Positions 1 to 9,503 of a DNA stretch of 64,000 nt are shown one piece after another. Position 1 is the stretch's first letter. Each line of letters starts with the position of its first letter. A program made the position numbers and the translations under genes. The stretch comes from Oscillospiraceae bacterium (lineage in GTDB: Bacteria; Bacillota; Clostridia; Oscillospirales; Oscillospiraceae), in assembly GCA_015067765.1 (NCBI GenBank), contig SVLV01000003.1:36372-100371 (forward strand), written 5' to 3'. The notes beneath the pieces were generated by a model, which saw nothing but the letters and a program-made list of their open reading frames with translations, did no database searches and had not been told where the DNA came from.

Positions 1-1
1 G

Positions 2-439
2 CATCTGGATATTATCCGGCGTGCAGCTGCCTGCTTTGATAAGGTCTATGTCTGCGTCCTGTCCAACGGGGACAAGAAGCCTACCTTCACCCATCAGGAG
101 CGGGTGGAGCTGATCCGCAGCTCGGTGGAGGGACTGGAAAATGTAGAGGTGGAGACTTATGGCGGTCTCTTGGCGGATTATGCCCGGGAGAAGGGCTCCT
201 GCGTACTGGTAAAGGGTCTGCGCAACGCCACGGACTTTGATATGGAGTATCAGATGGCAGCCATCAACCGGGGCATCTGGCCGGAACTGGAGACGATTTT
301 CTTCCCGGCCCGCCTGGAATACCAGCATTTCAGCTCCACCATGGTGCGGGATATGATCCACTACGATCAGCCCATGGAGCGGTATGTGCCTGCACCGGTG
401 GCTGAGGCACTGAAACAGCGAAAAGCCAGACAGATTTGA
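2..439 (+). CDS. coaD: Pantetheine-phosphate adenylyltransferase (5' end truncated by window edge)
   Basis: Frame is open from nt 2 (HLDIIRRAAACFDKVYVCV...), then KGLRNATDFDMEYQMA and SSTMVR motifs typical of CoaD. Confidence 0.95.
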   Translation, partial: HLDIIRRAAACFDKVYVCVLSNGDKKPTFTHQERVELIRSSVEGLENVEVETYGGLLADYAREKGSCVLVKGLRNATDFDMEYQMAAINRGIWPELETIFFPARLEYQHFSSTMVRDMIHYDQPMERYVPAPVAEALKQRKARQI

Positions 440-455
440 AAGGATGGTTGGAAAT

Positions 456-962
456 ATGGAAGAAAAAGATGTGCAGCGACTGTTGGACATGCTCTATGGC
501 ATGATCGACGAGGCCAAGAGTGCCGCATTCAGTTCCGATAAGTGCATCATCAGCCGGGATGAGGCCCTGGATCTGCTGGATGAGATCCGCGGAAAGCTGC
601 CCCTGGAGCTGAAGAAGGCACAGGAGCTGATCCGCGCCCGGGAGGAATACGTTGCTTCCGCCAAGAAGGAAGTGGAGAAGATGCTGCGTCAGGCGGAGCT
701 GGATGCCAAGGTGATCGTCTCTGAGAGCGAGACCCTGCAGCAGGCCCGTCAGAAGAGCAGCGAGATCATCCGTCGTGCCGAGGAGCGGGCCAAGGAACTG
801 TATCGTGTGGCCAACACCTACACGGAGGATGCCCTGCGTCGCACCGAGGAGGCCATCCAGATGGCACTGGATGAGGTGAAGGAGTCCCGCGGCCGCTTCC
901 GTGCCGCCTCTGCTGAGAAGATGCAGCAGATCCGCGAGAAGAAGGACGAGAAAGCGGAGTAA
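456..962 (+). CDS. Conserved coiled-coil protein that follows coaD in clostridia (DivIVA-like / 'ATPase subunit H-like')
   Basis: LLDEIRGKLPLELKKAQELI...AELDAKVIVSESE motif and position after coaD; alternative start at 444. Confidence 0.75.
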   Translation: MEEKDVQRLLDMLYGMIDEAKSAAFSSDKCIISRDEALDLLDEIRGKLPLELKKAQELIRAREEYVASAKKEVEKMLRQAELDAKVIVSESETLQQARQKSSEIIRRAEERAKELYRVANTYTEDALRRTEEAIQMALDEVKESRGRFRAASAEKMQQIREKKDEKAE

Positions 963-1058
963 GCAAAACACAGAAATTGCCGCCTGATTTTCGTGCAAAA
1001 TGACGAAAAAAGTCGACTTCCAGCCGGAATCTGACGGGCAAAGATATATTGTGGTTTG

Positions 1059-1099
1059 AAAAAATCGCAGACACAAGATATTGTGTCTGCGATTTTTTT
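1059..1099 (+). terminator. Intrinsic terminator
   Basis: AAAAAATCGCAGACACAA-gata-TTGTGTCTGCGATTTTTTT. Confidence 0.85.
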
Positions 1100-1200
1100 G
1101 TTTTGCAAGATTTCGAACGGCTGTTTTTCTGCAACGGGAAAACTATGGAAAACAAGGGAAAAACAGGAAAAATCGGAACAAAAACGAGTGAAATTAATTC

Positions 1201-1229
1201 TTGCAATCGAGAAAAAAATCCTGTATACT
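1201..1229 (+). promoter_or_regulatory. Sigma-A promoter of the dcw operon
   Basis: TTGCAA-17 nt-TATACT upstream of mraZ. Confidence 0.7.
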
Positions 1230-1240
1230 TGTCCTACAAA

Positions 1241-1276
1241 GTGGGGAAGAGTGGGGGTAGTGCCCCTATTTGTGGG
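1241..1276 (+). promoter_or_regulatory. MraZ-binding repeats
   Basis: GTGGG at 1241, 1251 and 1272 (~10-bp phasing) just downstream of the promoter, as known for MraZ operators. Confidence 0.75.
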
Positions 1277-1338
1277 GGATAATCCCACGGTTTTGCCCCA
1301 TGACCCGGCAAATGACCGCAGAAGGAGGTGGCAGGAGT

Positions 1339-1755
1339 ATGACGGGACAGTATGCACATAATATCGACGCCAAGGGCCGTCTGTTTATTCCTGCCAAGCT
1401 GCGGGAGGCGCTGGGTGAGACCTTCCATGTGACCGTGGGTCAGGATGGATGCCTGTCGGTGTACTCCGATGAGAGCTGGGCCGCCTTCGAGGAGAAGCTG
1501 CGGACCCTATCCTACAGCACGGTGAAGCGGCTGCGTACGGTGTTTGCCAATGCGGCGGATTGTGAGCCGGATGGTCAGGGCCGTATTCTGATCCCTGCCA
1601 AGCTGCGGCAGTACGCACAACTGGAGAAGGAAGTTGTGGTCATCGGCAGCTTTGACCGGGTGGAGATCTGGAATGCCCAGCGTTGGGCCCAGATGGAGGA
1701 GGCTGACCTGTCCTCCGGCGCTCTGGAAGCTGCTTTGGAAGAGATGGGGATGTAA
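1339..1755 (+). CDS. mraZ: Division/cell wall cluster transcriptional repressor MraZ
   Basis: Duplicated DAKGRLFIP / DGQGRILIP motifs, DRVEIW; RBS upstream. Confidence 0.97.
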   Translation: MTGQYAHNIDAKGRLFIPAKLREALGETFHVTVGQDGCLSVYSDESWAAFEEKLRTLSYSTVKRLRTVFANAADCEPDGQGRILIPAKLRQYAQLEKEVVVIGSFDRVEIWNAQRWAQMEEADLSSGALEAALEEMGM

Positions 1756-1758
1756 GTG

Positions 1759-2706
1759 ATGACTCCCACGCAGGATTTTGGACATAAGCCGGTGCTGCTG
1801 GAGGAGTGCCTGGAGGCACTGGCCATCCGGCCCGACGGCATCTATCTGGACGGCACACTGGGCCGGGCCGGACACTCGCTGGAGATCGTCAAACGGCTGA
1901 CCGCCGGCGGCAGACTTATCTGTCTGGACCGGGATGAGACGGCCATCGAGGCGGCGAAGATCCGCCTGGCGGACTACATGGACCGGGTGACCCTGGTGCA
2001 CAGCAATTTCTCCCGTGTGGGGGAGGTGCTGGAGGAACTGGGGTTGGAGGGCGTGGATGGCATGCTCTTCGACTTGGGTGTGTCCTCTCCCCAGCTGGAT
2101 GAGGCGGAGCGGGGTTTTTCCTACATGCAGGATGCGCCGCTGGATATGCGTATGGACCGCACCGCCGCGCTGACGGCCCGGGAAGTGGTCAATGAATGGA
2201 GCTATGAGGAGCTGCGCCGCATCCTCTTTGAGTATGGCGAGGAGCGCTATGCCCCGGTGATCGCCAAGCACATCGTTCGTTTTCGGGAGCAGCAGCCCAT
2301 TGAGACCACCGGGCAGCTGACCGATTTGATCAAAAGCGCTATGCCTCCGGCGGCGCTGCGGGAAAAGCAGCACCCGGCCAAGCGCAGTTTTCAGGCCATC
2401 CGTATTGCCGTCAATGACGAGCTGGGCGAACTGCCTCCCATGCTGGAGGCGGCAGCCGACGGACTCCGTGCCGGCGGACGGCTGGCGGTGATCTCCTTCC
2501 ACTCGCTGGAGGATCGGATCATCAAAAAGACCATGCAGGAGCTGGCCACCGGCTGCACCTGCCCGCCCAACTTCCCGGTCTGCGTCTGCGGCAAGACGCC
2601 CCGGATGAAGCTGGTGCACCGCAAGCCCATCGTGTCGGGGGCTGCGGAACTGGAAGAAAACCCCCGCGCCCGCAGCGCCAAGCTGCGTGTGGCGGAGAAA
2701 CTGTAA
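1759..2706 (+). CDS. rsmH: 16S rRNA C1402 N4-methyltransferase
   Basis: HKPVLLEE, DGTLGRAGHS, DLGVSSPQLD, FHSLEDR, NPRARSAKLR. Confidence 0.98.
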   Translation: MTPTQDFGHKPVLLEECLEALAIRPDGIYLDGTLGRAGHSLEIVKRLTAGGRLICLDRDETAIEAAKIRLADYMDRVTLVHSNFSRVGEVLEELGLEGVDGMLFDLGVSSPQLDEAERGFSYMQDAPLDMRMDRTAALTAREVVNEWSYEELRRILFEYGEERYAPVIAKHIVRFREQQPIETTGQLTDLIKSAMPPAALREKQHPAKRSFQAIRIAVNDELGELPPMLEAAADGLRAGGRLAVISFHSLEDRIIKKTMQELATGCTCPPNFPVCVCGKTPRMKLVHRKPIVSGAAELEENPRARSAKLRVAEKL

Positions 2707-2733
2707 GAGACGATTTCTGGAAGGAGCCAACTC

Positions 2734-3285
2734 ATGGCAGAGCAGAGAAAGAACAAATATCAGACTCCTGTTTACGGAAGCCTGGCATACGATCTGGACA
2801 CTCTGGTCCGTGAGCGGGAACTGGAGGAGGCCGGTCGGATTGAGCGGCCCCGTCCCCAACAGGCCCCCAAGCAGGTTTCTCGTCCGCAGGAGAAAGTACA
2901 GGCCCGTCCCCGTCAGAAGGTGTCCCCTCTGGTGATGGGCGGCATAGCTGTGCTGGTGGTCATGGTGATGGCCCTTCTGGTGGGCTATGTGCAGCTGACG
3001 GAGGTGTCCGCCTCCGTGTCGGAGCTGAAGGGCGAGATCAACCGCCTGGAGGTGGAGCACGTGGCACTGGTGACCCAGTATGAGCAGACCTTTGACATGT
3101 CCACTGTGAAGGAGATGGCAGAGGCTGCCGGAATGAGCAAGCCCACCAGCGGTCAGATCGAGTATGTGGATCTGTCCGGTGGAGACAGTGCCGTTGTCTA
3201 TCAGGCGGATGCGGGGGATACCCTGGAACGTCTGGGCCAGAAGCTGGCCGATGGCATCCGTGCGCTGGTGGAATATTTCAAGTAA
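2734..3285 (+). CDS. ftsL: Cell division protein FtsL-like
   Basis: Single TM helix followed by leucine-zipper coiled coil; lies between rsmH and the PBP. Confidence 0.7.
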   Translation: MAEQRKNKYQTPVYGSLAYDLDTLVRERELEEAGRIERPRPQQAPKQVSRPQEKVQARPRQKVSPLVMGGIAVLVVMVMALLVGYVQLTEVSASVSELKGEINRLEVEHVALVTQYEQTFDMSTVKEMAEAAGMSKPTSGQIEYVDLSGGDSAVVYQADAGDTLERLGQKLADGIRALVEYFK

Positions 3286-3300
3286 GCAAGGCCATATAGT
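3271..3300 (+). promoter_or_regulatory. Putative sigma-E promoter upstream of the class B PBP
   Basis: GAATATT-15 nt-CATATAGT resembles the sigma-E consensus; spoVD is sigma-E-controlled in B. subtilis. Confidence 0.45.
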
Positions 3301-3398
3301 GAAGATGCGCAGGGAGTAAGAAGGTGGACTTCTTGCTCCTTGCTTGGCATTTGGAAATCGTTGCGTTTCCCCTTTTTTCGACCCTCAGGAGGAGTTTC

Positions 3399-5660
3399 AT
3401 GCCCAGTCAGAACCAGCCCAACCCCAGAAAATCCGAAAAAATCCGCCGGGCCAACCGTGTGATCCAGAACCGCACTTTCGTGCTGATGCTGGTGATGGGC
3501 GTGGCCCTGTTTCTGCTGCTGTTCGGCAAGCTCTTTGAGCTGCAGATCCTGCGCCATGAGGAACTGCAGGAGAAGGCGGTGGATCAACAGACCCGCAGCG
3601 AGGTGGTTACCGCCTCCCGGGGGACCATCTACGACCGCAACGGCAATGTGCTGGCCATCTCTGCCACGGCGGAGACGGTGTTCCTCAGTCCCAAGGAACT
3701 CAATGAGGAGCTGGAGGACGAGGAGGATCCCGTCAGCTGGACCAAGGACTCTCTGGCAGAGGATTTGGCCAAGATCCTGGAGGTCAACGCCGAGAGTATC
3801 CGTCAGAAGATGGACCGCACCGACTCCCAGTACGAGGTGGTGAAGCTGCGTGCCGAGGAGGCTGTGGCCAATCAGGTGCGGGAGTATATCAATGAGCACG
3901 AGATCCGCGGCATCTATCTGGTGACCGATGCCAAGCGGTATTATCCCTACAGCACGCTGGCCGCCCATGTGATCGGCTTCGTGGGTACGGACAATCAGGG
4001 CCTTTATGGCCTGGAGGCCCGGTACGAGGAGGATCTGGAGGGGCAGACGGGTCTGGTGGTCACCGCTAAGGACAACCTGGGCAACGACATGCTCTACGGC
4101 TACGAGCAGTATCGGGATGCACAGAACGGTCAGAATCTGGTGCTGACCATCGATACCACCATCCAGTACTATCTGGAGAAGGGCATCGAGAGCATGGTGG
4201 ATCAGTTTGATGCCGCCAACGGCGCTACCGGTATTGTTATGAATGCCAAGACCGGCGCTGTGTTGGGCATGGCATCCTATCCCAACTATGACCTGAACAA
4301 TTTCTCCACGGTGACGGATGAGAAGCTGAAGGAGGCCATTGCCGACGGCTCGGCCTCTCTGGGGGATATGCAGCTGCGCCAATGGCGCAACAAGGCCCTC
4401 AACGACACCTATGAACCCGGCTCTACCTTCAAGATCCTGACGCTGGCGGCAGCGCTGGAGGAGGGTGTGGTGGATATGAGCACCACCGCCAACTGCACCG
4501 GCTCGGTGACCATCTCCGGCTACCGGATCAAATGCAGCAACAACCGCGGCCACGGCCATCAGACCCTGAAGGAGTCGGTTGGCAACTCCTGCAACCCCGC
4601 CTTCATCTCCTACGGCCTGTCCGTGGGCAATGAGAAATTCTACGACTACATGGAGGCCTTTGGCCTGATGGGTACCTCCGGTATCGATCTGGACGGCGAG
4701 GCCACCGGCATCTTTATTGCAGAGAAGAACTTCACCCAGCTGGATCTGGCCTGCTACGCCTTCGGTCAGAACTTCAATGTGACCCCCATCGCCCTGATCT
4801 CCGCGCAGGCGGCCTGTGTCAACGGCGGTTACCTGCATACGCCTTACGTGGTGGAGCAGGTGCTGGATGACGACGGCAAGGTGGTGTTCCAGCAGGACAC
4901 CACCCCCATTCGCCAGGTGATCAGCGAGGAGACCTCCGCTCAGGTACGCGAGTGTCTGGAGTATGTGGTGGCCAGCGGTACCGGCAAGAACGGTCAGGTC
5001 ACCGGCTACCGCATCGGCGGCAAGACCGGTACGGCCGATAAGGGCCAGACCGGCGACATCGTGGTGTCCTTCCTGTGCTTTGCCCCGGCAGACGATCCCG
5101 AGATCATCATGCTGCTGACCATGGATACCCCCAGCCGTACCACCGGCACCTATCCTTCCGGCGGCAACATGGTGGCGCCCACCGCCAGCCGCATCATGGC
5201 AGAGATCCTGCCCTATCTGGAGATGGAGCCCTCCTACTCCGCAGAGGAGATGCTGGGCGCCGATGCTACCGTTCCCAATGTGATTGGTATGACTGTGGCA
5301 GATGCCGCTGCCAAGCTGGAGGAGAAGGGGTTTGGTTATAGAACCGTGGGAGATGGCGATACTGTTACCGATCAGACTCCCGCCGGCAGCGCGGTGATCC
5401 CCGGACGCTCCGTGGTGATCCTCTATGCCGGGGAAGAGAAACCCACCGATCCCTGCACCGTTCCCTCTGTGGTGGGCAAGACCCCCTCTGAGGCCAATAC
5501 GGCCATCACCAATGCCGGTCTGCTGGTACGCTTCACCGGTACCACCGACAGCGGCAGCAGCAGTATCCGCGTGCTGAGCCAGTCGGTGGAGGCGGGCGGA
5601 CAGGTGGAAGCAGGCACAGTGATCACCCTGCAGCTGGGCGACACCGGCGTGACGGATTAA
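3399..5660 (+). CDS. spoVD: Class B penicillin-binding protein (SpoVD/FtsI) with two C-terminal PASTA domains
   Basis: RGTIYDRNG, YEPGSTFK (SxxK), SCN (SxN), KTGT; PASTA repeats VPNVIG/VPSVVG; RBS AGGAGG before ATG 3399. Confidence 0.9.
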   Translation: MPSQNQPNPRKSEKIRRANRVIQNRTFVLMLVMGVALFLLLFGKLFELQILRHEELQEKAVDQQTRSEVVTASRGTIYDRNGNVLAISATAETVFLSPKELNEELEDEEDPVSWTKDSLAEDLAKILEVNAESIRQKMDRTDSQYEVVKLRAEEAVANQVREYINEHEIRGIYLVTDAKRYYPYSTLAAHVIGFVGTDNQGLYGLEARYEEDLEGQTGLVVTAKDNLGNDMLYGYEQYRDAQNGQNLVLTIDTTIQYYLEKGIESMVDQFDAANGATGIVMNAKTGAVLGMASYPNYDLNNFSTVTDEKLKEAIADGSASLGDMQLRQWRNKALNDTYEPGSTFKILTLAAALEEGVVDMSTTANCTGSVTISGYRIKCSNNRGHGHQTLKESVGNSCNPAFISYGLSVGNEKFYDYMEAFGLMGTSGIDLDGEATGIFIAEKNFTQLDLACYAFGQNFNVTPIALISAQAACVNGGYLHTPYVVEQVLDDDGKVVFQQDTTPIRQVISEETSAQVRECLEYVVASGTGKNGQVTGYRIGGKTGTADKGQTGDIVVSFLCFAPADDPEIIMLLTMDTPSRTTGTYPSGGNMVAPTASRIMAEILPYLEMEPSYSAEEMLGADATVPNVIGMTVADAAAKLEEKGFGYRTVGDGDTVTDQTPAGSAVIPGRSVVILYAGEEKPTDPCTVPSVVGKTPSEANTAITNAGLLVRFTGTTDSGSSSIRVLSQSVEAGGQVEAGTVITLQLGDTGVTD

Positions 5661-5783
5661 GCCTGTGGAGAAAAACGCAAAATTTACAAATTTACAGCAG
5701 AGACCTCCTATGGAGGCAGGAGAAAAACCTGCTACAATAAAGGGAATGTGACATACATAACCCCGAAAAGGAGACGAAACAAT

Positions 5784-7220
5784 ATGAAACTGAAGGATGT
5801 ATTGCAGGGTTTGACGGTGCTGGAGCACACGGCGGACCTGGAAATGGAAATTACCGGCGTCAGCTATGACAGCCGTACCACCCAGCCGGGTGACCTCTTT
5901 GTAGCCATCTCCGGCGAGGCGGTGGATGGGCATAAGTTTGTGCCCATGGCCGCCGGGAAGGGCGCGGTGTGCGCCGTGGTGGAACGGCCCGTGGAGGGAA
6001 TTCCCTATGTGGTGGTGGAGAATTCCCGCCGGGCACTGGCTCTCATCGGCGGCAACTGGTTTGACCACCCTGCCCGGGAGATGACCATGATCGGCGTCAC
6101 CGGTACCAGCGGAAAGACCACCTCCACCTACCTCATCAAGAGCATTCTGGAGCAGAAGGCCGGTGCAAAGGTGGGTCTGGTGGGCACCATTCAGAACATG
6201 ATTGGCGACAAGGTCCTGCACACGGAGCGGACCACACCGGAATCCTTCGAGCTGCACAAACTGTTCCGGGAGATGTCCGATGCCGGCTGCAGCCATGTGG
6301 TGATGGAGGTATCCTCCCACGCGCTGGCACTGGACCGTGTCTACGGTATCCGCTTCGCCGTGGGCATTTATACCAATCTGAGCCGCGACCATCTGGATTT
6401 CCACAAGACCATGGAGGAGTACTGCGATGCCAAGGCCATCCTCTTCCGCCGCTGTGACATTGCCATCTACAATGCCGACGATCCGTGGAGTGCCCGGATG
6501 CTGGAGGGCTGCCCCTGCCGCACCTTCGGCTACAGTGTCCGCGGCAAGGCGGATCTGATGGCCAAGAATGTGCAGCTGCTGCCCGGCAGCGTGGAATTTG
6601 ATGCCGAGGCCGATACGGAGTGGAACCATGTGCGGGTAGGAATCCCCGCAGAGTTTACGGTATATAATACGCTGGATGCACTGGCCTGCTGCTGGAATCT
6701 GGGTGTTTCCCTGGCAGACTGTGCCGATGCGCTGGCCCGCAACCACGGCGTGAAGGGGCGCATGGAGATCATCCCCACCCCCGGAAAGAACTACACCATT
6801 CTCAATGACTATGCCCACAAGCCCGATGCACTGGAGAAGGTGCTGGCGGCTGCCAGGGAATTCGCTACGGGCCGCGTGGTGGCTCTCTTTGGCTGCGGCG
6901 GCGACCGGGACCGCACCAAGCGTCCGGTGATGGGGGAGATCGCAGGACGGCTGGCCGATCTGGCCATCGTCACCTCCGACAACCCCCGCACCGAGGATCC
7001 CATGGCCATTATCGATGAGATTCTGGCCGGTATGGGTCCGGAGGCCAACTATGTGGTGGAGCCCGACCGTGTTCTGGCCATCCACTATGCCATGGACCAT
7101 GCCCAACCCGGCGATGTGATCGTGCTGGCAGGCAAGGGTCATGAGGACTATCAGGAGATCCACCACCAGCACTTCCCCATGGATGAGCGGGTCATCGTGG
7201 CGGAGCACCTGAAGCAGTAA
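5784..7220 (+). CDS. murE: UDP-MurNAc-tripeptide synthetase (meso-DAP type)
   Basis: GVTGTSGKTT, MEVSSHAL, DYAH, FGCGGDRD, TSDNPR (DAP-specific motif), AGKGHE. Confidence 0.97.
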   Translation: MKLKDVLQGLTVLEHTADLEMEITGVSYDSRTTQPGDLFVAISGEAVDGHKFVPMAAGKGAVCAVVERPVEGIPYVVVENSRRALALIGGNWFDHPAREMTMIGVTGTSGKTTSTYLIKSILEQKAGAKVGLVGTIQNMIGDKVLHTERTTPESFELHKLFREMSDAGCSHVVMEVSSHALALDRVYGIRFAVGIYTNLSRDHLDFHKTMEEYCDAKAILFRRCDIAIYNADDPWSARMLEGCPCRTFGYSVRGKADLMAKNVQLLPGSVEFDAEADTEWNHVRVGIPAEFTVYNTLDALACCWNLGVSLADCADALARNHGVKGRMEIIPTPGKNYTILNDYAHKPDALEKVLAAAREFATGRVVALFGCGGDRDRTKRPVMGEIAGRLADLAIVTSDNPRTEDPMAIIDEILAGMGPEANYVVEPDRVLAIHYAMDHAQPGDVIVLAGKGHEDYQEIHHQHFPMDERVIVAEHLKQ

Positions 7221-7267
7221 GAGCGATACGCGAGAGAATACCCGAAAGGGGAACGAGGAGAAGAATT

Positions 7268-8257
7268 ATGGAGATTGTACTGTCCTGTCTGCTGAGCCTG
7301 ATCGTGACGGCTGTGGCAGGTAAGCTGCTGATCCCACTGCTGGTGAGCCTGAAAGCCGGCCAGAGCATCAAGGAGATCGGCCCCACGTGGCATATGACCA
7401 AGCAGGGCACCCCCACCATGGGCGGTCTGATGTTTATCATCGGTATCGGCGTGGCGGTGCTGGTGCTGGGCTGGAAGCGCATGCTGCTGGGGGATCTGAC
7501 CCACCTGTATGTGTATGTGTTTGCGCTGGTGTTCGGCGTCATCGGCTATGTGGATGATTATCAGAAGGTGAAGCACCATCAGAACACCGGCCTGACGGCT
7601 CTGCAGAAGTTCCTGCTGCAGGTGGCGGCAGCCGTTGCCTTCCTGTGCCTGATGCGCTATGAGGGGATGCTGAGCCCCAACCTGTATCTGCCCTTCTTCC
7701 AAACCAGCATCGTCCTCAACTGGATCGTCTATCTGGTCTTTGCCGCCTTTGTTATCGTGGGCACGGTGAATGCCGTAAACATCACCGACGGTGTGGACGG
7801 CCTGGCCTCCTCTGTGACGGCGCCGGTGGCAGCATTCTTTGCTATTCTGGGCTATGTGTGGAGCGGCTATGAGCAGATCGGTATCTTTGCCGGCGCCATG
7901 CTGGGCGGCATTCTGGGCTTTTTGATCTACAACCACTATCCCGCCCGTGTATTTATGGGCGATACCGGCTCCCTGTTTTTGGGCGGCGCCGTGGCGGCTC
8001 TGGCTTTTGCCTACGATATGCCGCTGGTGCTGGTGTTGGTGGGCATCGTCTACATCTGCGAGACCATGTCCGACATCATTCAGGTGCTCTACTTTAAGGC
8101 GACCCACGGTAAGCGCATCTTCAAGATGGCTCCCCTGCACCATCATTTCGAGATGTGCGGCTGGAAGGAGACCAAGGTGGTGGCGGTGTTCACCGCTGTG
8201 TCTGCCCTGTTCTGCCTGCTGGCCTATCTGGGCGTTATGGATCGGTTCTCGATCTGA
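7268..8257 (+). CDS. mraY: Phospho-MurNAc-pentapeptide transferase
   Basis: KQGTPTMGG, NAVNITDGVDGLA, VFMGDTGS, MAPLHHHFE. Confidence 0.98.
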   Translation: MEIVLSCLLSLIVTAVAGKLLIPLLVSLKAGQSIKEIGPTWHMTKQGTPTMGGLMFIIGIGVAVLVLGWKRMLLGDLTHLYVYVFALVFGVIGYVDDYQKVKHHQNTGLTALQKFLLQVAAAVAFLCLMRYEGMLSPNLYLPFFQTSIVLNWIVYLVFAAFVIVGTVNAVNITDGVDGLASSVTAPVAAFFAILGYVWSGYEQIGIFAGAMLGGILGFLIYNHYPARVFMGDTGSLFLGGAVAALAFAYDMPLVLVLVGIVYICETMSDIIQVLYFKATHGKRIFKMAPLHHHFEMCGWKETKVVAVFTAVSALFCLLAYLGVMDRFSI

Positions 8258-8295
8258 GATAACTGCTGAAATTCTGAGGAGAGGAGGAGAAGACT

Positions 8296-9489
8296 GTGAC
8301 ACGGGAAGAATATCATGCCCAAAAAGCGGAGCGGGAGCGCCGCCGGCAGATCGAACGCAAAAGTTACGAGGCCTCCAAAGGCCCCATGGACCTGCCTTTT
8401 CTGCTGCTGACTCTGCTGCTGACCGGTATCGGGTTGGTGATGCTGTTTTCCGCCAGCTTCCCCTCCGCCTACTATGAGGGAGATCCCACCTTCTACCTGA
8501 AGCGACAGGGCATCTTTGCGGTGCTGGGTCTTGGCGCCATGCTGTGGCTGTCCAAGTGGAACTACCAGCGCTGGCGGGGATGGGCCAAGATCCTGCTGGG
8601 AGCAGCCTTTTTCCTGCTGATCCTGGTGATCATCCCCGGTGTGGGTATCACCCGCAACAACGCCACCCGCTGGCTGGGTTTCGGTGGTATGACTTTCCAG
8701 CCGTCGGAGTTTGCCAAGATGGCGGTGATCATCTACTTTGCCGACAGCATTTCCAAGAAGAAGGATAAGATGCGCAATTTGCGCGAGGGGGTTCTCCCCT
8801 ATGCGGTGGTGCTGGGCCTGCTGTCTATTCTTATGCTGTTGGAACCTCATCTGTCCGGCACCATCATCATCGTGGCCACCGGCATTATTCTGATGATCGT
8901 GGGCGGCATGCATCCCTATCTGGCAGGCGCCGGCATCGGCGGTGTAGGTATTGTGGCGGTGCTGTATGTGAAGTTGGTGGAAGCCGGGATCATCTCCTAC
9001 GGCGCGGGTCGTATTCTGATGTGGAAGGACCCCTGGCTGGATCCGGGCGATGCCGGCTACCAAATGTGTCAGAGTCTGATTGCCATCGGCTCCGGCGGTC
9101 TGCTGGGTGTGGGCCTGGGCAAGAGCCGGCAGAAGTTCCTGTATCTGCCGGAGGAGCACAACGACTTTATCTTTGCGGTGGTCTGTGAGGAACTGGGCCT
9201 CATCGGCGCCTGCGTAATCATTCTGATTTTTATGCTGCTGATCCTGCGGGGCTTCTGGATCGCCCTCCATGCCCGGGATCGGTTCGGATCCCTGCTGGCG
9301 GTGGGTGTGATGACCCAGGTGAGTCTGCAGACCTTTTTGAACATCGCGGTGGTTACGGGCCTTGTACCGGCCACCGGCATCTCGCTGCCCTTCTTCAGCT
9401 ACGGCGGCACGTCGCTGTTTTTGCTGCTGGCGGAAATGGGCATTGTACTGAGTGTATCCCGACAGATCCCGGCACCTCGGGCCGGATAG
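8296..9489 (+). CDS. ftsW: SEDS peptidoglycan polymerase FtsW/SpoVE
   Basis: FQPSEFAK, LPEEHNDFIF, LPFFSYGGTS. Confidence 0.93.
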   Translation: MTREEYHAQKAERERRRQIERKSYEASKGPMDLPFLLLTLLLTGIGLVMLFSASFPSAYYEGDPTFYLKRQGIFAVLGLGAMLWLSKWNYQRWRGWAKILLGAAFFLLILVIIPGVGITRNNATRWLGFGGMTFQPSEFAKMAVIIYFADSISKKKDKMRNLREGVLPYAVVLGLLSILMLLEPHLSGTIIIVATGIILMIVGGMHPYLAGAGIGGVGIVAVLYVKLVEAGIISYGAGRILMWKDPWLDPGDAGYQMCQSLIAIGSGGLLGVGLGKSRQKFLYLPEEHNDFIFAVVCEELGLIGACVIILIFMLLILRGFWIALHARDRFGSLLAVGVMTQVSLQTFLNIAVVTGLVPATGISLPFFSYGGTSLFLLLAEMGIVLSVSRQIPAPRAG

Positions 9490-9503
9490 AAGGAGAGGAT
9501 CCT

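Noticed and set aside
1001-1007. Spo0A box TGACGAA
   Set aside because: Isolated 7-mer upstream of a terminator and ~200 nt from the next promoter; likely chance
1049-1361. Short ORFs in the region upstream of mraZ
   Set aside because: They overlap a terminator, the promoter and MraZ boxes; AT-rich intergenic composition
3201-7208. 1335-aa minus-strand ORF, and other long antisense ORFs (e.g. 1507-3060, 42038-43687, 44808-46517, 50856-52430, 61085-62386)
   Set aside because: Shadow frames opposite well-supported genes, expected with GC-rich third positions; no recognisable motifs or RBS
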